DNA from: Octopus bimaculoides
Lineage: Eukaryota
DNA: 64,000 nucleotides
Reading direction: 5' to 3'
Assembly (NCBI RefSeq): GCF_001194135.2
Contig: NC_069004.1
Location: 20,220,599-20,284,598, forward strand
Part shown: positions 38,859 to 49,849 of the stretch, in pieces
How positions within the stretch are numbered: position 1 is the first letter of the stretch
How the letters are laid out: each line of letters begins with the position of its first letter
The notes under the pieces: model-generated
Database searches by the model: none
What the model saw: only the letters and a program-made list of their open reading frames with translations
What the model was told of the DNA's origin: nothing
Program-made: the position numbers and the translations under genes

Positions 38859-39116
38859 GGTTATTGTACATAGTGAGAGAAGGAAATTGTATATAGTTGG
38901 ATATATGGTGCAGTGTGCGATAGAATAACTAAAATTAGATTCCTTTTTACCTAGCGAAATCAGTTTCTACAGGCATTAAACCTATCTGCACTTACTATAG
39001 TTTAAAAAAAATTAAATTTCATCCCGCACAAGTCTAAGAAGTAACCACTAGCTACCCACCAAATTGGCAATCTTTTGAGGAAAGTATACGAGAAGTGAAA
39101 CTATTTGTTCGGCAAT

Positions 39117-39119
<3 letters not shown>

Positions 39120-39198
<79 letters not shown>

Positions 39199-39506
39199 NN
39201 NNNNNNNNNNNNNNNNNNNNNNNNNNNNNNNNNNNNNNNNNNNNNNNNNNNNNNNNNNNNNNNNNNNNNNNNNNNNNNNNNNNNNNNNNNNNNNNNNNNN
39301 NNNNNNNNNNNNNNNNNNNNNNNNNNNNNNNNNNNNNNNNNNNNNNNNNNNNNNNNNNNNNNNNNNNNNNNNNNNNNNNNNNNNNNNNNNNNNNNNNNNN
39401 NNNNNNNNNNNNNNNNNNNNNNNNNNNNNNNNNNNNNNNNNNNNNNNNNNNNNNNNNNNNNNNNNNNNAGAGAGAGAGAAAGAGAGAGAGATAGAGAGAG
39501 AGATAG

Positions 39507-39556
<50 letters not shown>
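39120..39556. repeat. (AG)n microsatellite spanning a gap
   Basis: Directly visible. Confidence 0.95.
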
Positions 39557-40140
39557 TTGCCTTAATAAAACGAATTTAATGAACTGCTAACATCCTGAAA
39601 TCGTTTCCATTAATATGTGTGAGCTTTCCCTACATATTATACACGCTTTTAGTTTTGGAAATCAAATAAAAAATGTAGGTAACTAAATATAATAACCAAC
39701 AATCTTTAAAACAATTACTTTAAATGTGGTGGGGAAATTCCTACTATTTGATGTTTTCGTTTCTTCTCATGAGAACTGCCAAAATGTAAGGGAACAAAAT
39801 TAATCATAGCCAAACTAACGAATACCAGCAACCAACGTAGGTGGATGCACATTATTTGAATAGCACGAATGCGAAACAATCAGAGGAATCCTGGTCTGCG
39901 ACTCCACTATACTTGAACAGCAATTTGTTAATCCAGAAGCTAATTACTAAAGGAATGAGAAGTAAACTTTTTCAGAACAGCGACCCACGCTCACGATGTC
40001 ATTGAATAAAAATTTCGACTGTCATAAAATAGACATCAGTTTACTAATTTTTACTAGCTTTACACTATGTGCTGCTGCTCAAACCACTCCAATTGACCAT
40101 TAAGTATTTTTCCTTCATCGAAGCCAGCTCCACATATCAA

Positions 40141-40268
40141 CTGGTAAAAGAAAACGGTTATGTTGCTTAAAGTAGTTCTAAAATGAACATATCTGCGTGG
40201 TTTTGATATAAAAACACTTAAACATACTCAGATTAAAGAAATCCCAAATGAAATATTTACAAGACCAG
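40141..40268 (-). other. Candidate 41-nt exon (40228-40268) plus 87-nt canonical intron (40141-40227) leading into an exon starting at 40140
   Basis: Branch-like CTAAT then tttacag| acceptor; TGA|GTATGT donor; ttttcttttaccag| acceptor. No long frame, so possibly 5' UTR or non-coding. Confidence 0.35.
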
Positions 40269-41086
40269 CTGTAAATATTAGTATATGTACATACATTACT
40301 AATACATTTTCTAAACATAGACGCTAACTATAAAAGAAAACATTTTAAGTATAAAAAAAAAGTCCAAACTAGTTTCATCTAAAACAAAATGGTTGAACTC
40401 AGTTGGTGTTCTTTAAGTATAGACCCGGAAATTAATCTGATGCGCCCAAAACCGTAATTTCTTCATTGTAGAATCGAAGATTACGATTCTACAATAAATA
40501 AATAAGTGGCTTTCAGGTCTTTCTGTAAATTTTCACTTTTGGTTTGGTTTAACTCTTCAACAAATTGGAGTAAAATGTTTGTAAAAAAGTTAAAACAGTG
40601 AAATTACGAGAAAGGGAGGGAGGGCAACTCATCAAAATTTCGTAATCTACGATCTCGAAAACATACACAGCCGAAGAAATTAAGTTTTTAGCGCTCTCAA
40701 TAATTTCCAACTCTAATCTATAGCAGCGCATATGGCTGAGAAAATTTGTCTAGATAGTATTCTATTCCCTGAATAGAAAAATGCACAAAATCTCAATTGT
40801 TAAAGAAAATAAAAATTACGATTGTTAGTTAATTCAGCACTCACAAATATCTTGAGAAACTAAAATTCCTCAATTTTAGGAAATATCTATCTGGAAACTA
40901 CTTCTGAAGTTGTTAAATTAACAACTCTTTCCAAATAGATTTTAAAGCAGATCAAATCCACCAAATGTCAAAATATATGAAAATAATCAGTTAGGAAAAT
41001 ACAGAAGACATCTTGGTACGGTTGAGATGACTAACTAGAGTATGTTAACAGCGGACACACAAACACACGTGTGCGTGTATGTATGT

Positions 41087-41127
<41 letters not shown>

Positions 41128-42439
41128 AATCATACAATGTAAAATAAAAAGGGGAAATGAAACACTATATCAAGAGAGATTAGGTAATCTTAATATACTT
41201 TGCGATGCATTTTAACGGGAAATAACATCGTTTAAGACAAATGGCCGCATTTTATAAATCTATGCTTCCTAGTATTTCTAGGTAAATGATCGTTATTTTT
41301 AATGGTAAAACTATCACCGCAGATGCCTCAAAAGCAGTAGTTTCGTACTTTCGGTAATGAAGGCAGGAAAAAATTAGATGCACGTAAATGAACACATGTC
41401 TAGATTTATACAAATACTTACGCAGACACACATTCAAGGAACTTTGCATGTTAATCCACATGGGCAAACATGCATATATGTATATATGTGTATGTATATA
41501 TATGTATATAAAATATACATAAATATACACACTATTTTAGTACATAAAGACAATACATCCATTTAAGAGTGAGTATGTAATATAATAATTGTACAAAATA
41601 TGTGGGTGTAAATCCATGGAAGTATCTCGAGTCCGAGAAAGACGATTATGTTATATGGTTAACATCTGTGAACGATTATTGTTATAACAGAAATACACAC
41701 GCACAGTGTGTGAACAGAACTATAATAGACATAGCAGTAAACGCACTTCTACAAATTACCAAGCGAACACATGATTACAACGAATAAACCAACTAAGGCG
41801 GTATAGGAGGGAGGACAAATTAACAGAATTATTTCTGAAAGATTAAAATATACTGTTTTTTTTAAATTAGAGAAATAACTTTTCGATAAGCATGTATTTT
41901 CAAATAAAAATAGTCTCGATATACGGTTAGGTTAATCGATTGTAAAACCCCACCAAACTAACAAATTAATTCTCTAAGATAGAGTTAAAATATTTACGTC
42001 TGTCACTACAGACCAAACCCCATCCTCAAAGTGATCAAATGTTAGCTATATCGTAGGTAGAAGGAAACAACATAAAATGCAGTGTTATATTAATATTGTC
42101 ATCAGATAAGACAAATCTTTAAATAGAATCTCGTGGATAAGACAACGCCTAATGCAGGTATGCCTACCACATTAAGGAGACGAGAGAAAGGGAGAAAAGT
42201 GTATGTGTGCAAAGAGAGAAAATAAAATTTCGACAAAGGAAAAACGGTGTAACTGGTAAATTAAACTTACTAACTCGTGAGTGGGAAAAGGATGAATAGC
42301 TCAACCTGCGACTTCGACGTCCTTATCGAATAGAATAGAAGGCTTCATGCACAATACGCGTTCAATCGAGTATGGTCGTGTGTCTGTATTATAAAATATA
42401 TATATATATAATATGAATGATATATATAATATATATATA

Positions 42440-43300
42440 CTGAGCTTCCTTCCCAACCACATCGTTTTTGGTTCATCTCCACTACATGGCACCTTGGAGA
42501 ACTGTCTTCTATAACTGCGGCTGGCCGAAACCTTCTCAGTGGATATTATATGACGAGTTTACGTCAGTTTCCGACTATGTGAATATGTGTGTGCGTGTGC
42601 ACGAGCGCACCCAGCGCCGCTTCACAACCAGTGTCGGAGTCATTCCGTCCTCGTAACTTGACGCGTTCTATCGAATTTATATGTATAACATATATGTATA
42701 TAATGATACATATAATAGAATATTTAATGTACATACCTCTTTATTCACTTACTTGTTTCAGTCATTTGACAGCAGCCATGCTAGAACACCGCCATTTAGT
42801 CGAGCAAATCGACCCCAGAACATATTCTTTGGAAGCCTAGTACTTATTCTATCGGTTTCTTTTGCCGAACCGCTAAGTTACGGAGACGTAAACACACCAC
42901 CATCGGTTGTCAAGCTATGCTGGGGGGGGGGGACAAACACAAACACACACATACATATATACGATGGGCTTCTTTCAGCTTCCGTCTACAAAATTCACTC
43001 ACAAAGCTTTGGTCGGCCCGAGGCTATAGTAGAAGACACTTGCCCAAGGTGCTACGCAGTGGGAATGAACTCGGAACCATGTGGTTGTTTGTGTATATGT
43101 TTGTGTGCGTTTGTCCCCCCCCCCATCATCGCTTGACAACCGATGGTGGTGTGTTTACGTCCCCGTAATTTAACGGTTCGGCAAAACAGACCGATAGAAT
43201 AAGTATTAGGCTTCCAGAGAAGTAGTCCTGAGGTCGATTTGCTCGACTAAAGGCGGTGCTCCAGCATGGTCGCAGTCAAGTGATTGAAACAAGTAAAAGA
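42440..43300. mobile_element. Cluster of SINE modules in both orientations, CpG-intact
   Basis: Plus head fragment 42440-42660; minus module B and head 42749-43085; plus module B 43100-43296. Confidence 0.8.
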
Positions 43301-43584
43301 GTATATATATATATAATGTACATATAAGGGATAAAAATCCAAATTTACAGGTAAAAACTCATATATAATGTACATAATATACATATATATCTGTTCATAT
43401 GATGATATCTCCACAATGTGTTGATGAGATAAACATGTAATCGCTACCAAAATAGCAAGAGATTTCTCCGCAAAGGTCTAAAGTAGATTTATACAGAAAT
43501 GTTGACAGGAATAAACTTCAATAATAATGGATATTAGCGTCAAAACTTATATATATATATATATATAATGTACATAATATATAT

Positions 43585-43820
43585 ACTAGCAGCTAAGCTC
43601 GGTTTCACCCGGTCAGAGAACGACGCGAAGAGAGAAACAAAGACATAAAAAAAGAGGAAGAAGTGGATACTAAGTGGTGTTTGGGCGACGGATCTTGGTA
43701 GAAAAAAAAAAGAATGTAATGGTGAGTTAGTAAGGAGAGCAAAGCAAGAGTGGACTTACATGGGCTGGCAGGACGATGAAAAAATTGCGGAGTTGAAACT
43801 GGAGCAGTTGAAGTTGCCGT
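43585..43820 (+). mobile_element. Possible Helitron-like non-autonomous repeat between (TA)n tracts
   Basis: Starts (TA)n-ACTAGCAGCTAAGCTCGGTTTCACCCGGTC, resembling ACTAGC..CCCGG..5' ends of small Helitrons (recall). Confidence 0.3.
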
Positions 43821-43824
43821 TGTT

Positions 43825-43863
<39 letters not shown>

Positions 43864-43939
43864 TGTGTACATTATATATATATATTTATTTATTTATGAG
43901 TTTCAACCAAGTGGCTGCGGTCATGCCGGACCACCACCA

Positions 43940-44722
43940 TGACTTTTCGTCTTTATGCTGTGGTCTCTTCACGTTCCTTGCATGGCTCTTCAACCTGAAT
44001 TTCCACACGGCGGACTGGAAGTCAATTTGCAGAGAGATTCGAAATCAAAACTGGCATGACAGCCTTTCTATACAAGACATATGCGCCAAATACGTGCTAA
44101 AAAGAAAGACCAGCAAACATGCCAAAGAATTCCTAGAGACAGGAAAATCCTTATGAGACACAGAACAAAGGTTTCTAACCAGTTAAATAGAGAACTGGAT
44201 GATAGGAAAAGGGCTAAATTAAAACTAACACCGCTAGAAATAGAAAACAAGAACAAACTCTCCCATGAAAAGGAGAGAGCAGTAGAAAGCATAAAAACAA
44301 ACCCCAAGGCTTTCTATAGATTTGCAAAAGAGACTGCTACGGCAGAGTATAAAATCGGACCCCTATTCCTGCCTAATGGCTCACTGACTGCGGACCCCAC
44401 ATGGATAAGTGAAGTGCTCAGTGCACAATTCAAGAGTGTCTTCACTTCTCCTCTGAGTCACATGCAGATAAAGAACCCAGCTGATTTCTTTGACAATATC
44501 ACTCAGCAGAAAAAGACTGCATCCATTACCTACATTGACAATGAAGAGAAGATGTAATAGCTGCCATAAACGAAATGAGCTCAAATTCGGCAACTGGCCC
44601 TGATGGAATCCCAGTTGTCCTCTTAAAGTCGTGTAAACAAGAATTAGCTGGACCACTCCGGGTAATCTTCCAGAGTTTCCTTGCAAGTGGTAAACTTCTC
44701 AAAAAGCTGAAGGAAGGCACCA
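43940..44722 (+). mobile_element. CR1/L2-like LINE internal fragment (linker to RT start)
   Basis: FHTADWKSICREI; AVESIKTNPKAFYRFAK..IGPL..LSAQFKSVFT; MSSNSATGPDGIPVVLLKSCKQELAGPLRVIFQSFL. Confidence 0.8.
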
Positions 44723-44822
44723 NNNNNNNNNNNNNNNNNNNNNNNNNNNNNNNNNNNNNNNNNNNNNNNNNNNNNNNNNNNNNNNNNNNNNNNNNNNNNN
44801 NNNNNNNNNNNNNNNNNNNNNN

Positions 44823-45070
44823 ATTTGGTAGACGGAAACTGAAAGAAGCCCATCGTATATATGTGCATATATGTGTGTGTGTGCGTGTTTGTGTCTGTTT
44901 GTCCCTTGACAATCGATGTTGGTGTGTTTACGTCCCCGTAACTTAGCGGTTTGGCAAAAGAGATCGATATAAGTACTAGGCTTACAAAGAAAAGTCTTGG
45001 GGTCGATTTGCACGACTAAAGGCGGTGGTCCAGCATGGCCACAGTCAAATGACAAACTAGTAAAAGAGTA
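44823..45070 (+). mobile_element. Composite SINE 3' part
   Basis: GGTAGACGGAAACTGAAAGAAGCCC, then microsatellite, then module B. Confidence 0.8.
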
Positions 45071-47075
45071 TATACATATATATATATATATAATATACAA
45101 ATATATATATATATATATATATAATATACATATATTTAATATACATACATATAATATACATACATTTATTTATGTGTTTCAGCCAAGTGGCTGCGGTCAT
45201 GCTGGTGCACCACCGTGAGACATGTATATATAATATATATAATATACATATAAATATACATACATTTATATATAACTTACATGTTTGTATAATTTACATA
45301 CATATATATAATTTACATATATACATGTATGTACTTGTGTGCGTGTTCGTCCTCCCACCATTGCTTGAGAACCGATGCTGGTGTTTATGTCCCTGTAACG
45401 CCCATGCCGTAGCATGGGCGCAGTCACTTGACTGAAACAATTGGTGGGGAGTGATGTGTGCGTGTATATATCGAATAAATTAAAACTCTGCTACACACAT
45501 TGAGTGCTCTCATTCGATTCGTCGAGCATCAATGCATGTTATATGATTAGACAGGGAATTAAATTCTTCGTAACTTATCAAAGCAAAATGGTTTGGAAAT
45601 CCTTAATATTCAAATATAAAGAGAGGAAGGAAAAACCAAGTATCCATTAATGAGAACTGCAGCAAGAGAAATCATAGAAAGGAGAGAATTTTGTTTATCG
45701 TAACACCAAGAACCAATGAACATTCCAGCTATACCAGTAAATCTCGACCATTTTTTTTTTCATCTGATTATTTTATTTGTTTCATTCGATGCCTAAAAAC
45801 TAGTTTATAATATAGTTTCAAAATTCCTATTATGCTTTTCACACATTAACTTGCGCGAAGTCGAACTGTGCAAAACGTTAGAGAAAGAAACAGTAACATT
45901 TTGCAATACATCTAAATCAAAATTTTTCATGGACCCTTAAAATACTACCTGTGGATCTCCAATTTACTATTTTGCTTGCGTACACCTCTAGGGGTCATAT
46001 GGATCCCGGTTGAGAGTCAATGAGCTATATTAACACAACAACCAGTTGCCATTTAATAAAATGATGGTAAGATTAGAATCCATCAGATAAAAACGTGTGT
46101 GTGTAATCTTTGTATGATGATTCACACCGTCGCTCGATGCAATAATTTTTTCAGGCGACAATAGAAATGAATCATTATAAAACGTTAGTCAGAAACGGGT
46201 ATACGAGATAGGGAAAATAAAACTGGAATAGACAAAATTATTTAGAATCCCACAAAGAAAACGCGAACCAAATGTACGAAATTCTTTACATATAACTACG
46301 ACGGGTGGGAGGCACGAAAATGATGTTTCAGGGCTTACATATGTGCCTGTTACATATATACACACATAGAGAGAGGCTGATTCTGAAATCCCGTCAGTAT
46401 TTAATATATAAAAGTAAAATGACTTTTAATTTTATATAGCCTATCTTATTTAAATGCTTCTAAGCCATCCAGTACATTGTTTAAGCATTCTGAAACGTGA
46501 ATGCTCAGAGTTCAAGAAGCTTCTAATACACAGACTATATACTACCAAGACAAAGCTTTTATATACTGTAATCTTTGACCGACATATATTATCCTCGTAT
46601 GTCGAGGAATAAAATGAACTTTCGTATGCATCAAGTTACTCCACATTTTGTGTACGTATTTATATATACATACATACATACATATATATATATATATAAA
46701 CCAACAACGTCATAGTTATGCGTATATTGTACATATAACACAGTTAAGCAAACAACTCCCACACAAATCGGAAAATACCAAAAAGAGAAAAATGTGTCTG
46801 TGGTGGGGGGAGTCTATTCGGTACGAAATATTAGTAACAGAGTGAAAAGAATGGAATAGTCATGGTTGGAACGACTTTAATTATAGATTTTTGCAGGATT
46901 GAAAAGAATTGAATCAGATGAGAGATGACGACGAGAGTACATCTAGAATAATAGTAGTAATAATTATAAGAAAAATGTGAAAATTTTCCAAACCCGAGAA
47001 AGAAAAAAAAAATTAATTAGAAAGAACCGGCATCAAAATAAGAAAAATGCGTCAGAATCGAGTGAAGATACTTAC

Positions 47076-47290
47076 CAGAATATTTCTGCACATTGATCGT
47101 AACAAATATAGTATATTCGCTTCTACAGCGATTTCCACCAATAAACAAAAGCTGTCCGACAAGACAACTGAAGACGAAGAGCGACACAACAACTTGGCTG
47201 GAGTGATTGCAGTCTCACAAATAAGGAGGAGGAAACATGGCTACCGTACTCTTACGGACATGACGTCACAACATTCGGAGGTCACGTGAT
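47076..47290 (-). promoter_or_regulatory. Candidate promoter and first exon
   Basis: CRE TGACGTCA (47261-47268); GGTCACGTGAT (47280-47290, USF/MITF-TFE E-box); YY1-like AAACATGGC (~47233); CpG-rich context; minus-strand donor CTG|GTAAGT at 47076/47075 with an in-exon ATG at 47093 (MCRNIL). Confidence 0.55.
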
Positions 47291-47371
47291 GGGATTAAAG
47301 GCCATGTCGCGTTGATTTGTATTCATTTTCTTTTTAGAACACACACACACACACACACACACAGACATACA

Positions 47372-47402
<31 letters not shown>

Positions 47403-48197
47403 NNNNNNNNNNNNNNNNNNNNNNNNNNNNNNNNNNNNNNNNNNNNNNNNNNNNNNNNNNNNNNNNNNNNNNNNNNNNNNNNNNNNNNNNNNNNNNNNNN
47501 NNNNNNNNNNNNNNNNNNNNNNNNNNNNNNNNNNNNNNNNNNNNNNNNNNNNNNNNNNNNNNNNNNNNNNNNNNNNNNNNNNNNNNNNNNNNNNNNNNNN
47601 NNNNNNNNNNNNNNNNNNNNNNNNNNNNNNNNNNNNNNNNNNNNNNNNNNNNNNNNNNNNNNNNNNNNNNNNNNNNNNNNNNNNNNNNNNNNNNNNNNNN
47701 NNNNNNNNNNNNNNNNNNNNNNNNNNNNNNNNNNNNNNNNNNNNNNNNNNNNNNNNNNNNNNNNNNNNNNNNNNNNNNNNNNNNNNNNNNNNNNNNNNNN
47801 NNNNNNNNNNNNNNNNNNNNNNNNNNNNNNNNNNNNNNNNNNNNNNNNNNNNNNNNNNNNNNNNNNNNNNNNNNNNNNNNNNNNNNNNNNNNNNNNNNNN
47901 NNNNNNNNNNNNNNNNNNNNNNNNNNNNNNNNNNNNNNNNNNNNNNNNNNNNNNNNNNNNNNNNNNNNNNNNNNNNNNNNNNNNNNNNNNNNNNNNNNNN
48001 NNNNNNNNNNNNNNNNNNNNNNNNNNNNNNNNNNNNNNNNNNNNNNNNNNNNNNNNNNNNNNNNNNNNNNNNNNNNNNNNNNNNNNNNNNNNNNNNNNNN
48101 NNNNNNNNNNNNNNNNNNNNNNNNNNNNNNNNNNNNNNNNNNNNNNNNNNNNNNNNNNNNNNNNNNNNNNNNNNNNNNNNNNNNNNNNNNNNNNATA

Positions 48198-48274
48198 TAT
48201 ATTTAAGAATTTAAGGATTGGAGAAAACGCATGTTATAATTGCGTTTTCTCCAATCCTTAAATTCTTAAATATA
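48198..48274. repeat. Perfect 34-bp inverted repeat with a 9-nt loop
   Basis: 48198-48231 TATATTTAAGAATTTAAGGATTGGAGAAAACGCA is the exact reverse complement of 48241-48274. Confidence 0.9.
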
Positions 48275-48969
48275 CTCAAATACCCAAAATTTCAAGGAGT
48301 TCCTGCCTTAAAAACAGGAGCTAACCACAGTTATTTTGTGTTCTTTGCTACATTGGTTTCTATTAACCCATTTATTCTATCAGAAGAATTTTTATTCATT
48401 AAGATAGAAGAAATACACATAATTATATATATATATATATGAAGTTAAATATATGTCAAGTCATAGAGTGACCAATGGTTTTTCATCCATAGAGTGCTTG
48501 GCTTTATAGACTTGTCAGACTCCAGTGGCTGTAGACATATATTCTCTCTTCAAACTGGAGGTAGAAAACCGTTATGGTCAGTTAATTTGTAAACAAAGAA
48601 TATTCTATACTGTCTGAACCTTAAAGGGACAGGTTATCACCCTTGGATTGGTCTGATCAGCAAAATCTTATGGTTCTAATCGACCCACAGGGAATCTCCA
48701 CCTTTAGGTTGGTTCCGGTCTGCAAGTATTTTTTACAGCCCTAATCAATGAATGGAAAATACCATGCCCGCAGCAGGTAGTGTCTAAAATGCAAACAGGG
48801 GAATAGATTACTTCTAGAGTTTAAGAGCGTCTCTGAGTTGAGCGAGTCTTTAAGGATCCTTGCCCACTCTGCTACACAAAGCATATGTATGTATCTATGT
48901 ACGTACGTACGTATGTATGTATGTATGTATGTATGTATGTATTCTTTTATTTGTTTCAGCCATGCAGCT

Positions 48970-49340
48970 GAAGTACCACCATAGTTTTGTTGATTTCCTC
49001 AGGCTGGGAGTTTTCACATCACCACTCTTGCATGTGCTTTTGTCCCAGCTGTTGGCCCATTTGGTGTATGAGGGAATTTGATTCCACTGCACTTGTCTGT
49101 ACCTCATGCTGGGTTGTCAGTTCATCTAGTATTGTGGAGAGGAGGATGTCTGGTTCCTTTTTGAAGACATCTACATCCACATTATGTAGATTTAAAAACT
49201 TTTGTGGCAAGGCATTGAAGAGCTGTGGAACTTTGAACCCTAGGCCATTGCAGTACCTGGTCCTGAATTTAGATGGAGTGGATGGTATGATACAATGACA
49301 TTCAGTTTTGGCATTTGTAATAACATTCAATGCCAAAATT
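48970..49340 (-). mobile_element. CR1/L2-like LINE 3' end
   Basis: GLGFKVPQLFNALPQKFLNLHNVDVDVFKKEPDILLSTILDE..AVESNSLIHQ resembles the conserved CR1-group C-terminus (P.LFN.LP..LR..FK..LD..L). Confidence 0.75.
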
Positions 49341-49849
49341 AGGTACTAAACCCTTCTAAAGTTTTTCATAAATAGATTATTATATATCTGTCAGGGAGTG
49401 AGTCACAGTTTTTTCAGCCTCTCCCTGTAGCTCATCCACTGTAGCTCATCCACTGCACTGTTTCAATCTTTTTAATGTAGTGATATTGGACTGTTTCAAG
49501 TTCCGCTGTTAGTTTGGCACTATGTGATGATCATAGCTGAGAACAGTAGTCTAGGGAGTGAGGCAACCCTTAGCTCTTGTTGAAGCATGTTTCTAGGAGA
49601 AGGCTACTCTGAGCCAGCAACTTATATTGGCACCAGACATCTTGCCTTGGCTTGTCTCTGGATAATGTGAATAGAGTGGAGTGGGGCTATGAAGTGTCAT
49701 GCAAGCCTTATTGGACCTAAACTTTGAACAGGCATTGCTGACTTTTTCCTTTACATGTGCATTCCTTTTCTTCTTTTCTTTTTAGATATATATTTATATA
49801 TATTTTTATTCGGAAGTCCTGTGGTGATGGGAAGGTGGTGAAGCATGCA

